DNA from: a virus
IMG/VR virus record: IMGVR_UViG_3300037011_001068
Span: 32,001 to 96,000 of that record
Length of the DNA: 64,000 nt
Strand: one strand, 5' to 3'
The notes beneath the pieces are model-generated. The model did not search any database. It worked only from the letters and a program-made list of their open reading frames with translations, and had not been told where the DNA came from. The position numbers and the translations under genes are program-made. This document shows positions 19,628 through 28,219 of the stretch, piece by piece. Position 1 is the stretch's first letter. Each line of letters opens with the position of its first letter.

Positions 19628-19865
19628 CCCTTCTCCTTTTAAATCTTTCCAGAAAGTCCAGAAATACGTTAAATAGGGGTATGGATGTGCTGTGCAAGCA
19701 TTGCGGTAGGCGCGGTATTTTCATTTACTCCACGAGGTTTGGAGGATCTTTTCACCAGGAATGCTGGGAGGAACTTTTGGAAAATTGGAGGCGTGGGGAG
19801 AAAGTCAAAGAGGAGTGGGGGAAAGTGGTTAGGCGTCCAGTCTTGCGGCGGACGCCTGTGGAGAG

Positions 19866-20231
19866 GTGATTGTGGTTAAGGTGCATCCCGAAAAATTTCG
19901 AGTGTCTGTTTATACGGACGGGCATTTTTTTTATTTTTACGAGAGCTCTTTTACATCTGGCTCTGAAGGTTTTCTCGCTCCTTCGGTTGTGCAGCTCGCG
20001 CAATCGATGCGGGTGGAGGGCCTGGATTTAAAGCAGGTGGTGGTGCTCAAGAACAACAGGACGGCGGTTTCATTTTTTTCCTGGTTAGCTGGATTATTGG
20101 AAGAGGCGCTGGGGATTAGCGTTCTTCCGATGCTTGATTCGGGGAGTGCTGATGAACGGTGTAATTGCCCCCAATGCCAAGCGCATTTTGCATCTATGAT
20201 GCGTGGCGTGGGGAATGGCGTAGTGCAGTGA
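19866..20231 (+). CDS. hypothetical protein
   Basis: ORF in a run of small co-oriented genes. Confidence 0.5.
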   Translation: MIVVKVHPEKFRVSVYTDGHFFYFYESSFTSGSEGFLAPSVVQLAQSMRVEGLDLKQVVVLKNNRTAVSFFSWLAGLLEEALGISVLPMLDSGSADERCNCPQCQAHFASMMRGVGNGVVQ

Positions 20232-20238
20232 GTGGAGA

Positions 20239-20493
20239 GTGGATATGCGGGTGGCTGCTCGGAGGGTGCTTATGGGAGAGCTTGAGATAATCGAGATGTC
20301 GGGTCTTCAGGGTGAGCTCATCATGCATGCGTGGGTGGATGATGTGATCTCGCTAGAAGCATGCATCAAGGCGGCCCTCAATAATACACGTCCGAATGGG
20401 CATTTTCGCGTGTTGCTGGATGGGCGAGAGATTACGCAAGATGAGTACGCTCAGTGGCTTTTCCGAGATAGCGCAATGCCTGTTTCCTTTTGA
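20239..20493 (+). CDS. hypothetical protein
   Basis: ORF with GGAG RBS. Confidence 0.5.
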   Translation: MDMRVAARRVLMGELEIIEMSGLQGELIMHAWVDDVISLEACIKAALNNTRPNGHFRVLLDGREITQDEYAQWLFRDSAMPVSF

Positions 20494-20584
20494 GGTTTTC
20501 CGACCCGAGGCGGAACCTTCGGGGTGCTCTTTAAAAATGCTCCATGTTGCACAATCAGCCGTGGCCCCGGGTGACGGGGCATTT

Positions 20585-20664
20585 GTGGGCATGGCTGGCG
20601 CGGCTGACAGGACGGGGAGTGCCCCCTTAATGCAGCCGGAGGGTTCGATTCCCCCCTTGCCCAC
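20585..20664 (+). ncRNA. tRNA-like structured RNA (non-canonical)
   Basis: GTGGGCA/TGCCCAC terminal stem, GGTTCGATTCC T-arm, CGGCTG/CAGCCG stem; no normal D arm or 7-nt anticodon loop. Confidence 0.45.
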
Positions 20665-20824
20665 TGTTGATCCAGAAATTTGAAGGAGGTAGCAAATGAC
20701 CAAGGATAGCAGGGATTCTGAGATACGTTGCTCCGGATGCTATAGCGTTCTTCAGATTGTGCGGGTGGTTTCAGGCGTATCAATTATTCAGCCATGCCCT
20801 GTTTGCTGGGAGAGGTAATCATGC

Positions 20825-21235
20825 ATGGCAGCCGAGGCGCTTGAAAAAATAGATGCTTCTTTGCGAGTGCTTGAAGAGTGCGTGATTTATCGTTGGGCTG
20901 AGATAGAAGGGCTTATCATAGAGGATCTAAGGCGCCAGGGGCTCTCTCTGCTACCTGGCTCGTTTTTTATCATGCAGGGATACCAGCAGATTATGGCGAT
21001 GGTGGCTCCTACGGATCAGCTTAAGGTTAAGGCTATAGATCGGATGCAGGGTATGAGTGTGATTGCAAGTCCAGAAATTGGGTTGGAGGCTTTGCATGCG
21101 GAGCAGGCAACTCCGTTGACGGCAGAAGAGCTGGCGGATGGTCGAAGTGAGGATGAAATGAAGCGTGTAGAAGAGCTGGCGAATTTATTCTGGGATCCAG
21201 AAATGAAGGGAGGAGGCTCCTTTGAAAAATCGTAG
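20825..21235 (+). CDS. hypothetical protein
   Basis: GAGG RBS. Confidence 0.55.
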   Translation: MAAEALEKIDASLRVLEECVIYRWAEIEGLIIEDLRRQGLSLLPGSFFIMQGYQQIMAMVAPTDQLKVKAIDRMQGMSVIASPEIGLEALHAEQATPLTAEELADGRSEDEMKRVEELANLFWDPEMKGGGSFEKS

Positions 21236-21677
21236 TCAGGAGGCTTGTGAAGTATGTGGAATCGATCTTTTGTCGAATGAAAAAAAGAAGTGCTGCATGT
21301 GCCGGCGTGGAGACTCCTACCCACCCGTCATAAAGCCGCTAGTGAATGTTACAGGGCATTTTTCCCTGCAATTTGAGCTACAGGTGCCTGATGGTGTGGA
21401 CGATGAGACGATCCAGCAAATCATCGAAGCGCGTCTCTGCGAGGAGTGGGTGGAATTGCCGAGGGGTGGCGCTTTTGGTTCAGCGAGGCTCCATGTTTTT
21501 CGGCAGGATCCATTTTTGCTGGTGTTGGGTGAGGATGGACGGATGGAGAAGCCGAAAATATGGGAGGATTGCCGATATAGCCGAGCGGTGAAGCGGGCGG
21601 TAGCGCTCTACATGTGGGGGCCTACGTCAGAGGGGATATCGGCGTCTGGAGATCAATCCAGCAATTTGGAAAAATAG
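21222..21677 (+). CDS. hypothetical protein with N-terminal CxxC...CxxC
   Basis: GGAGG RBS and TTG start. Confidence 0.5.
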   Translation: MKNRSQEACEVCGIDLLSNEKKKCCMCRRGDSYPPVIKPLVNVTGHFSLQFELQVPDGVDDETIQQIIEARLCEEWVELPRGGAFGSARLHVFRQDPFLLVLGEDGRMEKPKIWEDCRYSRAVKRAVALYMWGPTSEGISASGDQSSNLEK

Positions 21678-21719
21678 GATTGGTTGAGTGGAAAGTAATT
21701 TCTGGATCGAGGTTGTAGG

Positions 21720-22033
21720 ATGAGCATATCGGCAGTAACAGAAGAGCAGAATGTCGATGAGCTCCTGGAGGTGCTCGAGGCTTCGGAGTCGGAAGGGGTG
21801 GAGACGCCAGAGGAGACGGTGTTTCGGTTTGAGGTGCAGGAGATTGTGCGGAGGGCTATTTTGGATTTGGATTTTCGATCTTGGTACGTGATCGTTAGGA
21901 GGTTTGGAATGTACGGGATGAGGGAGAAGCTCTTGATGTGCAGAAGGCGCGGGTAGCGCAGATCGAAGTCAAAGCATTCCGGTTTCTTAGGTGTCCACAA
22001 CGATCGCGCCCTCTCAGGTGTGTTTTTGAGTAG
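21720..22033 (+). pseudogene. frameshifted stand-alone sigma70 region-4 (RpoD-like) gene
   Basis: First frame gives LDFRSWYVIVRRFG; a second frame continues GEALDVQKARVAQIEVKAFRFLRCPQRSRPLR, similar to RpoD [21 protein letters not shown]. Confidence 0.65.
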
Positions 22034-22059
22034 TCCAGCAATTCAGAAAGGGGCAGTAC

Positions 22060-22329
22060 ATGGAGTTTATTCGTTGTTTTAGGGTAGTTCCTTGAGGGCT
22101 CGAGCCGTTCGAGGCTGTGGAGGAGGATGCGGAATTCGGCTGTGAGGGGGTGATCGATGATGGGGCTCCTGCGGATCTGATAATTCTTGAACGACCCGTT
22201 AATGGGAATATTTGGGAAGAGATATCGAGGAAGGAATTTCTGAATCCGAAAGAGGCCAGCTATTTTTTAATAGAGCTCGTTGCTGGCAAGCGCCTTTGGG
22301 AAGATCAATCCAGCAATTTGAAAAAATAG
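22060..22329 (+). pseudogene. small gene with an in-frame TGA at 22093
   Basis: ATG at 22060 has an RBS-like run and is in frame with ORF 22117..22329. Confidence 0.4.
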
Positions 22330-22338
22330 GAGGTAGCC

Positions 22339-22533
22339 ATGCCGGAAGTAGTGGAAGAGGTGGATTATCTGGATGCGTGCGAGAGCTATCTTGGATGGTG
22401 CAAGGTATGCAAGGCCTTTACACGCTACAATACCGAGCCGGACGCGGGGGATTACGATTGCGAGAAGTGTGGGAACACGGATTCGGTGATCGGGGCTGAG
22501 CAGGCGCTTATCACGGAAGAAATCATTTTTTAG
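22339..22533 (+). CDS. small zinc-ribbon protein
   Basis: GWCKVC...EPDA..YDCEKCG; AGGAGG RBS. Confidence 0.7.
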   Translation: MPEVVEEVDYLDACESYLGWCKVCKAFTRYNTEPDAGDYDCEKCGNTDSVIGAEQALITEEIIF

Positions 22534-22561
22534 TCCAGCAATTTTTACCTAGGAGGCGATT

Positions 22562-22897
22562 ATGGAAGAGCGGAAAAAGGGTTCGTTGACTGAAGCTGGG
22601 GTTTTTCGGATTTTGCGGGATAAGGGTTTGTTGGTTGAAGCCAAAGATTCGCGGATTCCATGGGACGGGGAACTATTGATTGAAGCCAAAGCTGCTTGGA
22701 TTTTGCATGACAGGGATGTTTTAAATTGGCGGGGCAAGCTTGCGCGGAGGCTGCAGTATTTTTTAAAGGAAAATGCCGGGGTGAAAATCAGCTACCGCAT
22801 GGCGGTGCAAGCGCTAGGATCTGTCTTTGGGCTGGACCAGTATTTAAGGAAGGCGATTATTGATCGTCTTCACGAGGCTAAGAAATCCAGCAATTAG
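22562..22897 (+). CDS. hypothetical protein
   Basis: AGGAGG RBS. Confidence 0.6.
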   Translation: MEERKKGSLTEAGVFRILRDKGLLVEAKDSRIPWDGELLIEAKAAWILHDRDVLNWRGKLARRLQYFLKENAGVKISYRMAVQALGSVFGLDQYLRKAIIDRLHEAKKSSN

Positions 22898-22914
22898 TTT
22901 CGTGGGAGGTTTTT

Positions 22915-23139
22915 ATGAAAAGCAGTAGGGTTCAGGATGTGGAGCCAATAGCATGTGATTGGTGCCGTTGGGTAGAGTGATTATCGGGCGGGAAGAATTG
23001 TTGCGAGAAGGTGGAGGGGTGTTGGCTTGAGGATGCTCCCCCACCTTGTGGAGGCAGGTATTTTGATAGCTCCGGAATGTGGGATGATTTACGAAGTTCA
23101 GGGTACATGCGGGATCTTTTATCTCGGATTTTTCGCTAG
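22915..23139 (+). pseudogene. Cys-rich small gene with an in-frame TGA at 22978; related to 26208..26399
   Basis: GGAGG RBS; CDWC...*...NCC...PPPCGG shares the pattern of CLTC...NRC...PPPCGG. Confidence 0.5.
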
Positions 23140-23207
23140 AGAAAAAGAATCCAGCAATTGAATTTTCTAAATCAGGAGTGTGGTCGAATTTTCGATCGGA
23201 AGGTGCG

Positions 23208-23648
23208 ATGCATATCATTGAAAATCCACTAGATGGAAGCGCGGAAATCAAGTTTTTAAGAGCAGAAAATGGTGCCCCAATTACGGATGTTCGCTGTCCG
23301 GTCGGGTGTGGGGATTGCTGCAAGTATTGGGTTGCAATTAAGGAGCTCCAACATTTTGTGGTGGGGGTGTCCATCCGAAAAAATAAATGCCCCGCACTCC
23401 GAAAGTACGGGTGCAGGTTGAAGCGCTCGAAAATGCCACCGGTGTGCCGAGGATACCTCTGTGAGCTCGGGATGCTCGCGTATATGGGGCTTGTGAATCA
23501 AGAGGAGATTTCTCAGACGGTGGCGGCGCATGCTCAGAACAGAGCTGCTCAAGAGCTTAAGAAGGTATTTCCTGTGGAAATGCGGGATATCGCGCGGGGG
23601 GCAATTAGTTTAGATGAGTTACGATCAAAAATACGAGAATATCGGTGA
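23208..23648 (+). CDS. YkgJ-like cysteine-cluster protein
   Basis: CPVGCGDCC...CPAL...GC...PPVCRGYLC. Confidence 0.7.
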   Translation: MHIIENPLDGSAEIKFLRAENGAPITDVRCPVGCGDCCKYWVAIKELQHFVVGVSIRKNKCPALRKYGCRLKRSKMPPVCRGYLCELGMLAYMGLVNQEEISQTVAAHAQNRAAQELKKVFPVEMRDIARGAISLDELRSKIREYR

Positions 23649-23881
23649 GGGAGGAGTGTGCTGTGGAAGAAAGAAATCCAGAAATTGAGGTAGCGACCGA
23701 AGGGAAGAAGCTGCGGACATGCTTTTTGTGCAAGGTGGAAAAGCCTCTCGCTGAATATTATTCCCGCGCGGGGGCGCGGTACGCTTACAGCGTGTGGTGT
23801 AAGAGCTGCAGGCGCGTGAAGGCAGTAGAGTGCGTGAGGCATTTGCGGTTGACCAAAGAGGAGGTGCTCGAATGGACGTGA
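23645..23881 (+). CDS. small zinc-finger protein
   Basis: CFLCKVEKPLAEYY...WCKSC. Confidence 0.6.
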   Translation: MREECAVEERNPEIEVATEGKKLRTCFLCKVEKPLAEYYSRAGARYAYSVWCKSCRRVKAVECVRHLRLTKEEVLEWT

Positions 23882-24363
23882 CTTCAGAGATGCGATGGCG
23901 GCCGATGAGTAAAGCCCCCCGGTCATGCATCTTGCTCGGGTGGGATGGGCTCGTGACGGAAGGGATCCGGGGTGAGGACGGGCGGTGGTGCGTTCGAGGC
24001 GCGTATTTTCCGGAGCAAGAATTTCGGGCTTGGCTGCCTTTCCCAGAGGTCTTTCCTTTTTTTCCATGGGAGCCGGCGCTTGGCATTCAGAAGAGCTCCG
24101 AGCAGCCTGTTTTTATCTCTCTCATCATCGAGGCGTTCTCCCGAGAGCTCCAGGTGCGCTTCAGCGGGAGGGTCCTTGGGATGGTCGTGGAGGAGAGCCT
24201 CTGGGAGAAGCTCCGAGCGGAAATACCAGTGGCTTGCTTGGGGGTGGAGACCCGGGTGAGTATTCGTTCGCCGGTCTCTCTTCTAGAGCTTTCTGGGGTC
24301 CTGATCAATACTGAGGTGGGCCCGGTGCGGGTCGTTCGGGAAAGCGAGGGGAGGTGGCCATGA
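23872..24363 (+). CDS. hypothetical protein
   Basis: WRPMSKAPR N-terminus is common in phage proteins; GAGG RBS. Confidence 0.5.
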   Translation: MDVTSEMRWRPMSKAPRSCILLGWDGLVTEGIRGEDGRWCVRGAYFPEQEFRAWLPFPEVFPFFPWEPALGIQKSSEQPVFISLIIEAFSRELQVRFSGRVLGMVVEESLWEKLRAEIPVACLGVETRVSIRSPVSLLELSGVLINTEVGPVRVVRESEGRWP

Positions 24364-24611
24364 GGTTCACGATTGATGTGGTGGCGAAGTGCTCAGCGTG
24401 CGGGGGGCTCATGGAGGTTCGGGACATGCAGCCGGATATTCAGGGGTGCGCGGTGTTCACGGTGGACAATTGCCAGGTGTGCCGAATCGCGCTGGAAAAA
24501 GAGACACGCGAAGGTGTTATCCAGAAATTTTTTGGTCGTAGGTCTAAGGCTTTGACTAAGGTCTCAACGAAATGCGGTAAGAAGCGGGGAACCAAGCGAG
24601 CGAAAGGATAA
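24354..24611 (+). CDS. small zinc-binding protein
   Basis: CSAC...CQVC. Confidence 0.5.
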   Translation: MAMRFTIDVVAKCSACGGLMEVRDMQPDIQGCAVFTVDNCQVCRIALEKETREGVIQKFFGRRSKALTKVSTKCGKKRGTKRAKG

Positions 24612-24615
24612 TTTC

Positions 24616-24867
24616 ATGGGTGAAAAATTGGGTCCTGGTCCGACAGGTGATTTTTCGGACGGTAAATTACAGGAGGGTGACGAGGGTGGGATTAACCTGA
24701 CGATTGCTGCTTGCAAAGGCAGGGTGCTTCTCGAGTTTGGATGCTCGGTGCAGTGGCTTGGATTTGAGGTACATCAAGCAAGAGAGGTTGCTGAAGCGCT
24801 CTTGAAGCAAGCGGCGAATGCAGAGGATCAGTTGCGGGTGGAGGTGCAACAATGCTTGAGAAATTAG
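24616..24867 (+). CDS. hypothetical protein (paralog of the next gene)
   Basis: GRVLLEFG..VQWLGF...QA..VAEALL. Confidence 0.65.
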   Translation: MGEKLGPGPTGDFSDGKLQEGDEGGINLTIAACKGRVLLEFGCSVQWLGFEVHQAREVAEALLKQAANAEDQLRVEVQQCLRN

Positions 24868-25064
24868 ATGATCAATCCTCTTTCCTTATGGGGGTAAATT
24901 TGCAGGAGGGGAAAATTTGCCTCGATTTTGGGAAGCTTGTTCAGTGCATCGGATTTTATCCAGATCAGGCGGTAGCATTGGCGGATGCGCTGCTTGAAAA
25001 GGTGCAGAAAATAAGGGAATTTGAATGCCCTTCAGTGGAGCAGAAAGGCGGGTTGCTGTCATGA
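24852..25064 (+). CDS. hypothetical protein (paralog of the previous gene)
   Basis: GKICLDFG..VQCIGF...QA..LADALL. Confidence 0.6.
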   Translation: MLEKLDDQSSFLMGVNLQEGKICLDFGKLVQCIGFYPDQAVALADALLEKVQKIREFECPSVEQKGGLLS

Positions 25065-25720
25065 GTGACAACGGGGATAAATTGCTGGATTCAGAGATCA
25101 AGCTTGAGCCTGCGGTGCTGACAAAAGACGGGGGCGTGACGGTTGAGTACATTTACGAGCGGACTTGGACGGCGCTTAATCGTCTGCGGTCATGGGCTCA
25201 GATGATCTCTTGTAAATTGCGCCCCCCTGATAAGGAGGGCAGCGATAAAATTTGTGACGGCATGGAAGATTTTTCGTATATACAAGATTCCATTGATGCG
25301 CTTGCATTATGGGATATTTTTGCTGAGCTCCGTATACATGAGTGTCGTTCTGGGGTTGTGTGGAAGAAAAAAGTGGAAGGTGAGGAAGAGCGAATTTCCG
25401 CTGGGGCTATGGAAAGGCGCATTTCCGAGCTTGCGGCCAAAGGCCCTTGTTCCGATTTTCTCAGATTCGATCTTGAGCAGGAATTTTGGCAGAAAATCCT
25501 TGGTGGGGAAGCGGCCGCGGAATCGGTGCTTCGGGTGTCACGAGCGGCAGTGGACTTTCGATTTGCCATTGAGGCGCTTTGTGCGTCTTCGCGGGAGCGC
25601 TCTCTTGCGATTACTAAGCTCGAGGAGGCGGTTTTGTGGGCGCGAGAATACGTGCTCAAGCGGGCATTGCAGGAGGCTTCATGCGGGGTGCTTCGTGGTC
25701 TATCTTCCCAGAAAAAGTGA
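25061..25720 (+). CDS. protein with a C-terminal Acb2/Tad1-like helical hairpin
   Basis: LCASSRERSLAITKLEEAVLWA. Confidence 0.5.
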   Translation: MSDNGDKLLDSEIKLEPAVLTKDGGVTVEYIYERTWTALNRLRSWAQMISCKLRPPDKEGSDKICDGMEDFSYIQDSIDALALWDIFAELRIHECRSGVVWKKKVEGEEERISAGAMERRISELAAKGPCSDFLRFDLEQEFWQKILGGEAAAESVLRVSRAAVDFRFAIEALCASSRERSLAITKLEEAVLWAREYVLKRALQEASCGVLRGLSSQKK

Positions 25721-25756
25721 GTGGTTCTCTTCGATTGCAATCCAGAAATTTCGGGG

Positions 25757-25785
25757 TTGATTCATGGGGCAATTTGCCTCATAAT
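25757..25785 (+). promoter_or_regulatory. sigma70-type promoter with the shared operator
   Basis: TTGATT-N17-CATAAT containing GGGGCAATTTGCCTC. Confidence 0.7.
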
Positions 25786-25802
25786 TGGGCAGGAGGTTGT
25801 GC

Positions 25803-26192
25803 ATGATACGCTACATTGATCGAGCCGTGATTTATTATCTGGATTGGGTAAGGGCTCAGGTGGAGGTTCCGGAGGCCTTCCAAGAGAGGGGTGTAGAGCC
25901 GCTAGATCCCGTGTTCTATTTTCCGGCGTATGAGGAATTTCCTGGACCGTGGGATATTTTTCTTTATGCAAATAAGATTTTCTCTTTCCTCAGCGATCCC
26001 ATCTACATCAATCCGAGAAAGATTCGATCCATGTCGGTTGGGGATCTGATTGCGCTCAAGTTTCGGAATGGCGAGACGGATGCCTTGCTTTGCGGCCTTA
26101 CCGGGTGGAAATCCCTGGAAGGTAGCGGGTGGTTCGATCGGTTGGCAAATGGCGGTGGATTTAACTCCGCAGATTACGTTTGCACGCTTTGA
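25803..26192 (+). CDS. hypothetical protein with a YodL-like motif
   Basis: IRSMSVGDLIAL; AGGAGG RBS. Confidence 0.55.
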   Translation: MIRYIDRAVIYYLDWVRAQVEVPEAFQERGVEPLDPVFYFPAYEEFPGPWDIFLYANKIFSFLSDPIYINPRKIRSMSVGDLIALKFRNGETDALLCGLTGWKSLEGSGWFDRLANGGGFNSADYVCTL

Positions 26193-26207
26193 AAGTGAGG
26201 TAAGAAG

Positions 26208-26399
26208 ATGTCATTTGAAAGTGAAATTGTGAAGTATTGCTTGACGTGCCAAAATATAATTGCTGGACGCGATGGAAATCGTTGTGCTGTGCATCAAAAT
26301 CTTTTGATTTTTCCTGATGACGCGTTAAAAGTGCCTCCACCTTGCGGTGGAAAAAGCTGGGTGATTCAGTCAGCCTTGGAGCTATTATGGCTAAAATAA
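26208..26399 (+). CDS. small Cys-rich protein
   Basis: CLTC...C..H...PPPCGG; GAGG RBS. Confidence 0.5.
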   Translation: MSFESEIVKYCLTCQNIIAGRDGNRCAVHQNLLIFPDDALKVPPPCGGKSWVIQSALELLWLK

Positions 26400-26701
26400 A
26401 TGTGCTGGTGTTCGAGGTTGGGAGGGTAGGCGTGATTCGGGAGATTGAAAATGAGCTAAGCAGCTATCAGGAGGTGGTTGGGGGAGATATCGAAGGCTGG
26501 GGTTTCCCGGCAGCTATGGGCTACGCGGTGATATGTCGCGATTATGGGCGGTATGAGTGCCCTCCGAATCGGGTGATTCACGGGCTTGACATGATCTATG
26601 GCCCTTTCATGATCGTGAAGGTGGACTCTTCAGGGGACGAGGTTTCTATGAGTAAAACGGAAGCGGTTTTTATCCTGAAGTTTTTTTTACAGGAGGGGTA
26701 A
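26387..26701 (+). CDS. DUF3846-like protein
   Basis: EIENELSSYQEVVGGDIE...PPNR...IYGPFMIV. Confidence 0.7.
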   Translation: MAKINVLVFEVGRVGVIREIENELSSYQEVVGGDIEGWGFPAAMGYAVICRDYGRYECPPNRVIHGLDMIYGPFMIVKVDSSGDEVSMSKTEAVFILKFFLQEG

Positions 26702-26711
26702 GGAGAGGGTC

Positions 26712-27017
26712 ATGCTGAAGGACGCAAGGAAGCATTTAAAGACGTTGGGGGGCCTTCTGGGGGGTCCAAATCATGGTGCTGCGGTTGGCACCATGGCCAT
26801 GGCAATGGAAGAGCTCTTGGAGGCTGTGGAGGCTCAGCAAGCGTTGTATGAGAAGATTTGTAAGGTGGAATTTCTTTTTCAAGACCTCGACCGGCGGGTG
26901 CAGGTACTTGAGAGTGGGGAGCTTGAGGAGGGGATCTGCAAGATAGAGGATAAACTCGTTGCCAGGATCAAGGATCTAGAGCAGCGGTTGGCTGCTCTGG
27001 AAGGTTTGCATATCTAA
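26712..27017 (+). CDS. hypothetical coiled-coil protein
   Basis: AAGGAG RBS; heptad pattern. Confidence 0.6.
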   Translation: MLKDARKHLKTLGGLLGGPNHGAAVGTMAMAMEELLEAVEAQQALYEKICKVEFLFQDLDRRVQVLESGELEEGICKIEDKLVARIKDLEQRLAALEGLHI

Positions 27018-27028
27018 GGAGGTGAGGA

Positions 27029-27418
27029 ATGCTGACGGATAGGCCTAAATGCGTGTACTGTGGGCGTGCTCTCTCCAGGTACACTCGAGGGTGGGTCCTT
27101 CGGGTTAACCGGCAAGAGGATGAGCCGATCGTGGGGCAGCAAGGGGTTCTTGAAATTCTCAAGGTGCGAGAAAATGCCTATGGAAAATTCATACGTTACT
27201 GGAAGGGGGAACACGGTTTTCACGGGGATGGTTATTTTTGCTCTCAAAAATGCTTGCATGCATTTGCTTACGTTCTACTGGAATTTTTGGAAGTCAGCGC
27301 TGGAGATCATGAGTGGGATATTTCACGGGCGCTATTTATCGCGATTCGGGAAAAGCGAATGCCTGAGTTTATTCGGGAGGTTTGCGCTAAGGTGCGGAAG
27401 GAAAAAAATACTCCTTGA
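27029..27418 (+). CDS. hypothetical zinc-binding protein
   Basis: CVYCG...YFCSQKC; AAGGAGG RBS. Confidence 0.6.
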   Translation: MLTDRPKCVYCGRALSRYTRGWVLRVNRQEDEPIVGQQGVLEILKVRENAYGKFIRYWKGEHGFHGDGYFCSQKCLHAFAYVLLEFLEVSAGDHEWDISRALFIAIREKRMPEFIREVCAKVRKEKNTP

Positions 27419-27444
27419 CATCGTAATACGATTCGTAGTATGAT
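27415..27444 (+). promoter_or_regulatory. sigma70-type promoter with its own inverted repeats, upstream of the acrVA2-like operon
   Basis: TTGACA-N18-TATGAT; spacer contains ATCGTA-A-TACGAT and TACGA-T-TCGTA. Confidence 0.65.
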
Positions 27445-27450
27445 TAGATC

Positions 27451-27690
27451 ATGGGTCAAGGAGACCCAAAAAGGAGCGGAAAAATGAAATGCGAATTTTG
27501 CTTGAATAGCGGAAAAATAGACCCTGATGATGCACTAGAGGCCGTTGAGAAGGTGTGGATGCATCGTCCATTCAGCACTCCCGATTGCCGATGGGTGCAT
27601 CTCTGCCAGGAGTGCATGGACCAAGGGGCCGAGGATGAGGTGGACGAGAAATGCCCGTGTGGGCATGACTATAAGGAGGAGGGTCCATGA
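27451..27690 (+). CDS. small acidic Cys-rich protein
   Basis: CEFC...CQEC...CPC; likely start ATG near 27485 after AGGAG. Confidence 0.6.
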   Translation: MGQGDPKRSGKMKCEFCLNSGKIDPDDALEAVEKVWMHRPFSTPDCRWVHLCQECMDQGAEDEVDEKCPCGHDYKEEGP

Positions 27691-28001
27691 CCACAAAAGA
27701 AAAACAGGTCCTATGCAAGGCTGAGGTCGTCTGGACACAGGCCTGCGATGCCTGGGAGGATGCCAGAGTGATATGGCGGCAAGAACGTGCGGACTGGGAT
27801 GAGGCCAGAGTGGTATGGCGGCGAGCACGTTCCGCCAGGAGAGATGCAGGGCCCTGTCTAGAGGCAGAGGCCGCTTGGCGTCTAGCCCGGGGGATTTGGG
27901 CCCAGGTTTGCGACGCTTGGGTTGGAGCTGATGCCGTCTGGATCGAGGCCGAGACTGCCCTGGCCGAGGCCGAGGCCATCTGGATCGGAGCCGTGTTGTG
28001 A
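27687..28001 (+). CDS. Trp-heptad helical repeat protein
   Basis: Trp at 7-residue periodicity; start overlaps the previous stop. Confidence 0.6.
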   Translation: MTTKEKQVLCKAEVVWTQACDAWEDARVIWRQERADWDEARVVWRRARSARRDAGPCLEAEAAWRLARGIWAQVCDAWVGADAVWIEAETALAEAEAIWIGAVL

Positions 28002-28204
28002 CTGCCCGTGACGTGGTATGCGTTCGGCTCTCTTCCAAGGAGCGCTCGATCCTCGAGCGCCACGGGAGACAGCTCGCCGACCAGCTTCGGCGAGATCTCC
28101 ATCTCATTTATGTGATCGAGGAGGCGGAGCGCAAAAAGAAGGAGAAGGGCGCTAGTAAATCGAGTTTGACTATCCAGGAGCTTCGGGATCTCCTGGATTT
28201 TTAG
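27998..28204 (+). CDS. small RHH-like regulator
   Basis: DVVCVRLSSKERSILERH. Confidence 0.5.
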   Translation: MTARDVVCVRLSSKERSILERHGRQLADQLRRDLHLIYVIEEAERKKKEKGASKSSLTIQELRDLLDF

Positions 28205-28219
28205 GAAAAGAGGTGAAGG

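Noticed and set aside
20585-20664. Canonical or suppressor tRNA call
   Set aside because: There is no D arm or 7-nt anticodon loop, so no anticodon can be assigned.
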